Shown here piece after piece: positions 46,123 to 54,076 of a DNA stretch of 55,547 nucleotides. Source of the DNA: a virus. Its lineage: Duplodnaviria > Caudoviricetes. Both the position numbers and the translations under genes were made by a program. The stretch is taken from IMG/VR virus record IMGVR_UViG_3300027710_000820, positions 1-55,547 of that record; one strand, 5' to 3'. Under the pieces are notes generated by a model, which saw only the letters and a list, made by a program, of their open reading frames with translations, had not been told where the DNA came from and made no database searches. Position 1 is the first letter of the stretch. Every line of letters starts with the position of its first letter.

Positions 46123-46969
46123 TAGTTGCTTCCTCTCGAATGCACCTAATTAAACTACGCTTATTCATTACATGGACATCTAATAACTCAGTTTTTAATG
46201 CTGTATATTCTGCGTTTGTTGTTTTCTTTTGTACCAAAAATTTCATTTTATTGTTTTTAACCTGCAACAATAAATCTCTATCTAATGTATAGTGTAACTT
46301 GTTCGCTAAAGGAGTAGCAAAATTGCCTGGAGTAAAGCCATTCAACATGTGTATCGCAATACTGAATGCAATATCATTCCTAAATCTTGCACTTGGCAAT
46401 TGATATAACTTAACAAAATAAGGCCAATTATCACGAATGTGCTCAATTAGTACAAAAAAGCTCTTGTTAATTTCTGTTTTTCTAAAAAAGAAAACAGTAG
46501 CCCAATAGAACGGAATACTGTATTCATTGATATAATCAAACTCGCTGGTATCTCGCCAACCAGCTAAATCATTATATTCTTTGTAAATTAAAAAATCGTT
46601 AGGCTGTTGCCAACAATATTGCAAAAATGTCGAATTAATAATATAATCGCTGTCGATAACTAATGTCTCATCGTACGGACTTAGTTCAAAACAATTTACT
46701 CTATTAGAATTTTTCCAAACAACGTTTTGAAAGTTATTAGTGCCGTCATAAAAACGTTTAGTTTGATTTGTTGTATCTGTTGAATTAATTATTTTGTCAA
46801 ATACATCCACGTCATCGGGGAATGTTTTTAACAGCCAATCTTTACTGTCAGTTATCAAACTAACAGGTTTATTAAGTTGTGCCTTTGCTTTTTTAGCCGC
46901 GAATATTGCAAGCTCAACGTAGTCCACGTCGCCGCTATTAAAGGCAAAAATTAATACGCCCTGTGTCAT
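46115..46969 (-). CDS. GT-A fold (GT8-like) glycosyltransferase-like protein
   Basis: DxD motif in SPYDETLVIDSD, FRND.AFSIA and HVMNK; paralogue of 45298-46122. Confidence 0.6.
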   Translation of the reverse strand: MTQGVLIFAFNSGDVDYVELAIFAAKKAKAQLNKPVSLITDSKDWLLKTFPDDVDVFDKIINSTDTTNQTKRFYDGTNNFQNVVWKNSNRVNCFELSPYDETLVIDSDYIINSTFLQYCWQQPNDFLIYKEYNDLAGWRDTSEFDYINEYSIPFYWATVFFFRKTEINKSFFVLIEHIRDNWPYFVKLYQLPSARFRNDIAFSIAIHMLNGFTPGNFATPLANKLHYTLDRDLLLQVKNNKMKFLVQKKTTNAEYTALKTELLDVHVMNKRSLIRCIREEATNV

Positions 46970-47313
46970 AAGTCTACTAAACTCTCAACAGAACGACTGG
47001 TTTTTAATTTTTGATATTGTGAATGGTATTCGTTAGTTGCTAATGCGTACACATTTAGGATATCTTCCAAAAACTTGTTTAAATCAGTAATGTCAACGGG
47101 TAAATTATTGTCATCAACTAGTACTGCATCTAATTGCCCAAGATCAATTAGTGTTTTTGTGAAATTTATCAGTTCTCTAGTAACTTGAAAACTAGCACCA
47201 TTGTAAAAAAATGCAGTATTCTGACTATACTGCTCAAATAGAATTTTCTTTTGACTTGCCAAAGTAGTCATGTAATTGGCAATATCAAACGCTTTTTGTA
47301 ACTGTTCGTCCAT
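46966..47313 (-). CDS. Hypothetical protein, first gene of the GT/radical-SAM operon
   Basis: AGGAGA RBS; 115 aa. Confidence 0.75.
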   Translation of the reverse strand: MDEQLQKAFDIANYMTTLASQKKILFEQYSQNTAFFYNGASFQVTRELINFTKTLIDLGQLDAVLVDDNNLPVDITDLNKFLEDILNVYALATNEYHSQYQKLKTSRSVESLVDL

Positions 47314-47330
47314 AGACTCTCCTAAGCACT

Positions 47331-47359
47331 ATTATACTACATAGTAGTTATAGTGTCAA
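47331..47359 (-). promoter_or_regulatory. Perfect sigma70-type promoter driving the 19-gene operon
   Basis: On the - strand: TTGACA (47359-47354), 17-bp spacer, TATAAT (47336-47331). Confidence 0.85.
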
Positions 47360-47372
47360 GAGTTATGGACTA

Positions 47373-48350
47373 TTAAATTCCGGATTGGGTATGTGAAGGA
47401 GCTGTTAATGACACGTTCGTGCCTGTTGGCAGAAATATCTTAACTGTACTAGCAAGAATGCCGTCGATATCTTCGTCTACAGCAGGGCCAAGAGGAGCAA
47501 ATTGTCCGTCAACGCCACCACCGCCGACGCCGCCGGTGATTTGGTCACCTGCGTCATCGTCTCTAAATTGAATTGTAAAATACAGTATATTAGCTGTATT
47601 GTCATTGGCATTTTTTCTAACTTGGATATTGTAATCGTTTTCTACATAGACGCCTGCGGCAGAAGGTTTCAAAAATACAGTTGTATTTGAAGTAGTAATT
47701 CCGTACCAGCCTGTAGTAGTTAGACACGTAGTAGCACCAGATCCGCTATAATTAGTTCCACTAGCATTAAATGTAATAGTACCCATATCGTTTAATAGTG
47801 TTGTCCAAGCCGTGTTTTTATTTGTTGACGACCCGCTTGCTCTACTAGCACTGAATCTAAACTGTCCACCAGCATTGAAAAAGAAACGTGCGGCATTGGC
47901 ACTGGCAAAAGTAACTGTAACTGTATGAGTTATTACCCCGTTCCATGCAGTAGTCCTAATTGCAGGACTAAACAAGTCAGACAACGTGCCTTGATTAGCG
48001 GCAATTGTGAGACGGTTTGTATTACATAAGTTACCAAAATCTTTATACTGGTTAGCAAATGCGTCATCAATAATTAAACTAGAGTTAGGAACATCTAGAT
48101 TGGCCGCTTGGTCCGTGCCAGTTTGATGTTGTCTAATTTTAAGTAAGTCAGTACGAAGATTATTCCACTGACTTACTGTGACCTTAGCTCCAGAAGCAGT
48201 TTGAGCACTTGAAATACTTTGGCCATAACCAGAATCAGCAAGACCAGTGCCCAGTAAAAATTCGGTTGCACTTTGAATGCTGTTATAATCGGCAGCATAA
48301 ATTACGTTACCTTCTGATTTTGGAAAAATTCCGGGTGATCCAATAGCCAT
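47373..48350 (-). CDS. Probable virion structural (tail/baseplate) protein
   Basis: T/S/G/N-rich, beta-strand-like 325 aa with ARFFFNAGG. Adjacent to tail genes and preceded by TATAAATA. Confidence 0.6.
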   Translation of the reverse strand: MAIGSPGIFPKSEGNVIYAADYNSIQSATEFLLGTGLADSGYGQSISSAQTASGAKVTVSQWNNLRTDLLKIRQHQTGTDQAANLDVPNSSLIIDDAFANQYKDFGNLCNTNRLTIAANQGTLSDLFSPAIRTTAWNGVITHTVTVTFASANAARFFFNAGGQFRFSASRASGSSTNKNTAWTTLLNDMGTITFNASGTNYSGSGATTCLTTTGWYGITTSNTTVFLKPSAAGVYVENDYNIQVRKNANDNTANILYFTIQFRDDDAGDQITGGVGGGGVDGQFAPLGPAVDEDIDGILASTVKIFLPTGTNVSLTAPSHTQSGI

Positions 48351-48377
48351 AGTATATCTCTTTTAGTGTCCTGTCTA

Positions 48378-48385
48378 TATTTATA
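48378..48385 (-). promoter_or_regulatory. T4-type late promoter consensus TATAAATA
   Basis: Exact match on the - strand, about 28 nt upstream of ATG 48350. Confidence 0.55.
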
Positions 48386-49846
48386 TTATAGTATAACTGC
48401 TTCGACTAGTTTAGTCAATACATCATTGCTTGTTTCTAACGCAATTCCAAATACATCAGCATATTGATGCATTGTAGCCACAATAGCTGTGCCGTTTGCT
48501 GAAGCAACGAGTCTGTCACCCTTTTTAACTGCACCAGAAACTTTAACTGGGACACGCCCTTTAAGAGCAACTGCCTGTCCTTCGGCGTCTTTATTCATTA
48601 AATAAGCAGGATTAGCAGAAATAACACCAATAGCTCTATCACCAAACTTAGATGCTGTTACTTCCTTTTCTCCGCCAACGGTCACTACTGTGCCAACTTC
48701 ATATTCTAAATCAGTGGCATACTTTTCTGCCAAGTCAGCGTATTGTGCTTCAGTTGCAGTACCGTGAAATACGTTTGCATATAAGTCGCCTGAACCGTTT
48801 CTGGCAGCAATAGTATCTACACCAGCTGCCGTAGAACTAGTTCTATATGTGCCGCCAACATTTAAGCTGTCTGATTGTGTTGCTGTGCCATTGAAACTAG
48901 TAGCATATATTGTAGCATATTTGTAACTAGAAGAACCAATGTTTGACGAATTATTTGTGCCAGGCAATATGTCTAAACCAACTAATTTAAGCGGAGTCTT
49001 AACACCACTAGACGTAGTTTTAAACACAATAGTGTCGCTGACATCATTTATGATTGTTGGCGTTGTCCCGTCAATGAATACACGTAAATCATTATCATTA
49101 CCAACTGTGTAACCAACGTCTGCAAAACGTTGTACGGCTGTTGGGTATTGTGAAACGTCATTTCTTACAAATTTGTTAGCATCAACGCCACCTAATTTAG
49201 CTGAGTTACTAGAAGTACCCCAGAAGTAATGATCTGTTTCTGTAACTCCGCCCTGTGTACTAGTAGTATTAACTAGTGTAAGACCTTTCTTGATTACATC
49301 AAATCCAGTGATTGCATTTATGTCGTTGTCAAGGGTAAATTCTGTCTTAGAAATAATATAAACTGTCTCGCCGTTTACTACAGCTTCAATAATTGGCTGA
49401 GTTCCTGCCAGTGTATCAGTAACACTACGACTTCTTAATTCAGTTGTTTCTGCATCAGCAACAGCTTGTGGACCAACCAGTACAAACTGTGTTCCGGCCC
49501 AAGCAAAAAGCTGGCTAGTATCAGTATTGAACCAAAAATCGCCTTCACTAAGACCTGTAGGAGCTGTTGAACTAACTTCTGCGCCGCCAGTTGTTTTAAA
49601 TTTAGCGCCATCATAAAACTTTAGCTTCTTATTAGCACTGTCATACCAGATCTGACCAGTAGTTTTTCTTGGTGGTTCTGCGGAACTTGCGAAATTTTCA
49701 AGCAAGAATACAAAATTTTCATTTTGTACTTCTCCATATCCAGCAACGTTTTTACCAATCAATTTGATATCAAACGTATTGTCAACAGTTCCGTCTTCCA
49801 CTGTTGTTGCTAATGTACCGTTATACTTATTAATGTTGTAAGGCAT
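48386..49846 (-). CDS. Tail fibre/baseplate protein with C-terminal autocleavage-chaperone-like (Peptidase G2-type) domain
   Basis: Shared N-terminal GKN..YGE..ENF..LLENFA module. C-terminal ADLAEKY...IGVISANPA...VALKGRVPVKV..KGD. Confidence 0.72.
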   Translation of the reverse strand: MPYNINKYNGTLATTVEDGTVDNTFDIKLIGKNVAGYGEVQNENFVFLLENFASSAEPPRKTTGQIWYDSANKKLKFYDGAKFKTTGGAEVSSTAPTGLSEGDFWFNTDTSQLFAWAGTQFVLVGPQAVADAETTELRSRSVTDTLAGTQPIIEAVVNGETVYIISKTEFTLDNDINAITGFDVIKKGLTLVNTTSTQGGVTETDHYFWGTSSNSAKLGGVDANKFVRNDVSQYPTAVQRFADVGYTVGNDNDLRVFIDGTTPTIINDVSDTIVFKTTSSGVKTPLKLVGLDILPGTNNSSNIGSSSYKYATIYATSFNGTATQSDSLNVGGTYRTSSTAAGVDTIAARNGSGDLYANVFHGTATEAQYADLAEKYATDLEYEVGTVVTVGGEKEVTASKFGDRAIGVISANPAYLMNKDAEGQAVALKGRVPVKVSGAVKKGDRLVASANGTAIVATMHQYADVFGIALETSNDVLTKLVEAVIL

Positions 49847-49872
49847 TCCTTAACCCCTTTTTTATATTTATG

Positions 49873-51330
49873 TTAAACTGGTGCATTGTTATATACCCAG
49901 CCTCTGTTAGCGCCTGTATACACAAGAGTAAAGGCAGCGCCTTCTGTACTCACCGTTAAATCTGATGTGGCGGCATTAATTTTGTTTCCGTTTCTACTAA
50001 TAGTTAAAGAATTAGAATCAAACCCGTTTGCAGATCCATCTACAAACATGATATAATCTCCAATAGCAGGCAAAGCAGGCATGGTGATAATTATTCCACC
50101 AGTAGTTGTATCTACAATTAGCCTATCTCCAGCAACTGCTGTATAATTTGCAGTTTTTGTTTGCCATCTTGGTTTAAAATTGCCACCAGTCATTGTTAAA
50201 TTGCCAGAAATTGTTTGATTTCCTGACACAGTCAACAACGATCCATTAAATGTTAAGTTGCCACTATCTTGCAATCGTCCACTTGCACCTGCTAGTAAAA
50301 CTCTTCCGCTAGTTAACTCGGACACATTAACCGTATTTAATGTGGAAGTTCCACTAACATTAAATGTACCACCAACATCCAAAGTATGTGCTGGAGAACT
50401 ATTTAAAATTCCCACATACCAAGCAGTTGTATTATCGTCTGGAACAATTGATAGTGTTTCAATTAACGTATTTGCGTTTTTAACCTTAATTCTATAATCT
50501 TGTTTAGATGTGTTACTTACTAGTTGGAAAGATGAGGAACTTATGTTGATTTCATTGTTCTGATTGGGGCCCAATATTAAGGGCTTTGTATTTTGAATAG
50601 TTAACGTAGCAGCCATACTGGTATTTCCACCCGTCGCTTCTGTACTAACAAAACTACTAGTTGTTTTTAAAGTTCCTGCAGGGCTTACCAGTGCATCGGC
50701 TTTTGTTGCCGTAACATGGAATTTTAAGCCTGTGATATTAGAAGCCGTAAATCCTTTCTTAACATCACCAGTAAATCCGTCATTAGACAAATCTGCGGCA
50801 TCTGCTGTACTAGGTGTAAATTCTTCTTTACTAAATATTCCTAATAATACTTGACCAGCCCATAATTTAACAATAACTTTTAAATTGCCTGATGAATCTA
50901 ATATACTTCTAACTTCTTGGCCTGAAATTCCTTGCTCATCTGTATAAGCAGGGCCTGCTAGTAACAAATCTGTACCATCATAAAAATAAAGTTGATTTGT
51001 TAAGTTATTAATCCACAGGTCACCTTGAATCAAATTTGTTGGGGTTGAGCTAGATACGATCGGGCCGCCGCTTGTTCTAAATCCAGTGCCGTCATAAACT
51101 TTTAGTCGACCGTCACTTGTATCAAACCAAATTTGTCCAAGTATAGGATAATTTGGAGCAGTTGAATTAGCAAAATTTTCTAATAAATGTACAAGATTTT
51201 CATTAAATGACTCACCATAATTAGAAACATTTTTACCTAGTAACGTTAAATCTGTACTAGTTTGGTCTATTGCGCTATCAAGTAATTGTGTTAATTCTGA
51301 ACCGTCAGTTTTATTAATCGTATATGCCAT
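49873..51330 (-). CDS. Tail fibre/baseplate protein
   Basis: Same N-terminal module. C-terminal YTAVAGD...VDTT...ITMPA.PAIGD domain typical of T4-like baseplate/fibre proteins. Confidence 0.72.
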   Translation of the reverse strand: MAYTINKTDGSELTQLLDSAIDQTSTDLTLLGKNVSNYGESFNENLVHLLENFANSTAPNYPILGQIWFDTSDGRLKVYDGTGFRTSGGPIVSSSTPTNLIQGDLWINNLTNQLYFYDGTDLLLAGPAYTDEQGISGQEVRSILDSSGNLKVIVKLWAGQVLLGIFSKEEFTPSTADAADLSNDGFTGDVKKGFTASNITGLKFHVTATKADALVSPAGTLKTTSSFVSTEATGGNTSMAATLTIQNTKPLILGPNQNNEINISSSSFQLVSNTSKQDYRIKVKNANTLIETLSIVPDDNTTAWYVGILNSSPAHTLDVGGTFNVSGTSTLNTVNVSELTSGRVLLAGASGRLQDSGNLTFNGSLLTVSGNQTISGNLTMTGGNFKPRWQTKTANYTAVAGDRLIVDTTTGGIIITMPALPAIGDYIMFVDGSANGFDSNSLTISRNGNKINAATSDLTVSTEGAAFTLVYTGANRGWVYNNAPV

Positions 51331-53399
51331 TACGCAATCCTACCTGTAAATATAATGTAGTTAATAGCTTGATAGTGGTTAGTAATTCCCACTGGCACAC
51401 TTAATGTTGGCGAAGTAAGGTCGTCAGTAAAAACTCCACCACTATCAACCATTAGTTGACCTTGACCAACTGCTGTTAAACCATTTGAAGCTTCTGCATT
51501 CGTATCTGTTGGTGAGCCAGTTCTTGGTGCAAATGCATAAAATTGACTTCCCGCATTTCCTTTAAGATTATGAACGTGTTCTGGAAGATTATTTGTTTCA
51601 ATAACAACTTCTTCTGCGCCACCTTGACCACCTAGTTGATCGGCTGCAACGTCAGTTACTCTATTAGCACTAACGCCGCCCATGTCATCTTTACCTAGCG
51701 GGAAACGTCCTCTAAGGTCTGGTAGAGCAAAAGTTCCTACTCCAGATAATAAACTAAGCGATTTATAATTGTATTGGATTGCCGCAAATAGTACAGGAAA
51801 GTTAGCAATTAGTACTTCACTTCCGTCACACAACAGATAGCCTGTAGGTACAGTTGCTCCGGCAAAAGGCAAAATTGCTCCTGCTGGCACTGTTGCAATA
51901 TTTGAAATAAACTTTTCTTTCGTTATTCTCTTTAAAGATCCTGATCTGTTAATCAATAATTCATCAGTAACAAATGAATCTGTAGCAACTGCCTTATTAG
52001 CAATAAAGCTACTACTGATAATACCTGTTAGTACCGCAGTTGTCGAATCGCCAGGTCCGCCAATGTTTACGTTGGCATATCCTACAACATCACTAGCTTG
52101 TAACAGATCGCCGTTGCCATCTAATGCATCACCTAAGCTAAGTGTAGTACTACTTTGTAAACTATTTGCAGTTCCAGAAATATTACCTGTTAAAAATCCA
52201 GTAAAACTTCCAGTAAACGTATCTGCAATAATATCATCAGCATACACAGTTTTCCAGCGTGTTGTGTCAGTACCCAAATCGTGTGTACTATCAACTTTTG
52301 GAACTACTGCATCCAGTGAGCTAGTGCCAGTTACCGTTAATCCGTTGCCGACACGCAATAATTTTGCTATGCTGGCACCGCCGGCAGTTGTAATACTACC
52401 AGTAGTTAAACTTGAAGTGTCATCAGTGCCTGTAATTTTTAACTGTCCGTCGGTACGGATATTTCCATGAACGTCTACTGTTTCACCAGGATTAGTTTTA
52501 TTAAATCCAACATTAGTACTACTGTCAATACGTACAATAGGATCAGTAGAAGTGCCTTTTACTTTAAAGTCAATGCTTGATCCAGAAATCTTATTTGAAA
52601 TTACTGCGGCATTATTTTCAATAGATATTGATAAAGATAAATCACCACCAATACTTACACCAGTATTATTTCTAACACTTAGTTGAAAGTTTGTAACGCT
52701 TGCTTCATCTTTTCTTAAAAAGTTAACTGCGGCTACTGCGGCAGTGCCTACTACTAGTGCATCAGCTTTTTCAGCAGTACCCCATAATTTATTACCACCA
52801 GAACTAGAATTAAAATTCTTTGTGCTGATGTTAATGCCTTGTTTAATTGTTGCATATCCTAGTAGTGCTGCCTTAGGAGTAAAATCTCGTTCACTAATAA
52901 TTGAAACACATTCACCGTTGACGAACATCTTTAAGACTGGGCGAGCTAAGTCAGTAGTGTCAATTATTGATTCAAATTTTGCACCAGTGGTACTGCCGCT
53001 GGTGTATTCTGGTCCAACTAAGATCCACGATGAGCCGTTATATAATTTTAATTGTTGGTTGTCAGTATCAACCCATAAATCACCGATGACCCCAGTAGTT
53101 GGGGCAGTTGTAGATTTTTTAACATGCCCTGATGACACCCAATTGGTGCCATTGTAAACTTTCAACCCGTTTTCAATACCAACTGTTGTATTAAACCACA
53201 GTTGTCCCGTAATAGGATTTGAAGGTTGAGAACTTTTTGCAAAATTTTCTAAAATATGTAAAAAGTTTTCTGCAATATATTGAGCGTATCCTGGATAATT
53301 CTTACCAACAAAGGTCAAACTTTTTTCAGAGTTGATCGTTTGATCTTCTACAGTTAACGGAGTCTTTGTAGTATCTGTAAATCTTACTTGATAACTCAT
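51330..53399 (-). CDS. Tail fibre protein with phage tail collar domain
   Basis: Same N-terminal module. Collar motif PAGAILPFAG..VPTGYLLCDG...FALPDLRGRF, plus NLPEHVH. Confidence 0.82.
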   Translation of the reverse strand: MSYQVRFTDTTKTPLTVEDQTINSEKSLTFVGKNYPGYAQYIAENFLHILENFAKSSQPSNPITGQLWFNTTVGIENGLKVYNGTNWVSSGHVKKSTTAPTTGVIGDLWVDTDNQQLKLYNGSSWILVGPEYTSGSTTGAKFESIIDTTDLARPVLKMFVNGECVSIISERDFTPKAALLGYATIKQGINISTKNFNSSSGGNKLWGTAEKADALVVGTAAVAAVNFLRKDEASVTNFQLSVRNNTGVSIGGDLSLSISIENNAAVISNKISGSSIDFKVKGTSTDPIVRIDSSTNVGFNKTNPGETVDVHGNIRTDGQLKITGTDDTSSLTTGSITTAGGASIAKLLRVGNGLTVTGTSSLDAVVPKVDSTHDLGTDTTRWKTVYADDIIADTFTGSFTGFLTGNISGTANSLQSSTTLSLGDALDGNGDLLQASDVVGYANVNIGGPGDSTTAVLTGIISSSFIANKAVATDSFVTDELLINRSGSLKRITKEKFISNIATVPAGAILPFAGATVPTGYLLCDGSEVLIANFPVLFAAIQYNYKSLSLLSGVGTFALPDLRGRFPLGKDDMGGVSANRVTDVAADQLGGQGGAEEVVIETNNLPEHVHNLKGNAGSQFYAFAPRTGSPTDTNAEASNGLTAVGQGQLMVDSGGVFTDDLTSPTLSVPVGITNHYQAINYIIFTGRIA

Positions 53400-53400
53400 A

Positions 53401-54009
53401 TTATGCTCCAGCTATGCCAGTTAAACTCTGGATACGAACAGTGTAATCAATTTGAATTAATCTGTTTAACGACTTTTGCACTGGATGGAAAATAACATGT
53501 GTTAACAACTTGCTATTTCCAGAGCTACTATAAGATTTTAATCCTAACTCATCAAATACAAAATCGCTATCATTATTCGTTGTATTATCAAATGCACTTT
53601 GTCCCGATGGCTCGCCGTAGTCTAGTAAGCAGGTAACAAATACATCAGTATAATTAACACCAGTAACGTGACGTGTTTCAATGTAGTTTCTTGTAGGATC
53701 AACATTGCTCACGCTTCTATCATCGACTACTTTTGCATATGTTTCGTTATATAAACTAGCGTTAGTGCCTGTACTGTTAGGAGTCAAATAAGTAATAATA
53801 CCTGTTGGATCTACTGCTGTGCCGCCGTTGCCAAATGCCATTTCATAGATAAATCCTTGCCCAGAATTGGCAATGCTGTCAGCTAGTGCGATACTAATAT
53901 TTTCATAGTGAATAGCATTACGCTTGTCTACATAGATTTCTTTAGTAGTTGGGCTCCATATTTTGATATGTCCCTCAATATGGAGTCCTGTTAGATCTTT
54001 ACTCTGCAT
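53401..54009 (-). CDS. Probable baseplate/tail structural protein
   Basis: MAFGNGG, FDELGL and HPVQKSLNR.I.IDY motifs; lies within the tail module. Confidence 0.6.
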   Translation of the reverse strand: MQSKDLTGLHIEGHIKIWSPTTKEIYVDKRNAIHYENISIALADSIANSGQGFIYEMAFGNGGTAVDPTGIITYLTPNSTGTNASLYNETYAKVVDDRSVSNVDPTRNYIETRHVTGVNYTDVFVTCLLDYGEPSGQSAFDNTTNNDSDFVFDELGLKSYSSSGNSKLLTHVIFHPVQKSLNRLIQIDYTVRIQSLTGIAGA

Positions 54010-54076
54010 GTTAATCTCTCTTTATCCAGTATTTAGTTGAATTCATTATGTACTAGTATTAAATCAAACTCCATAA

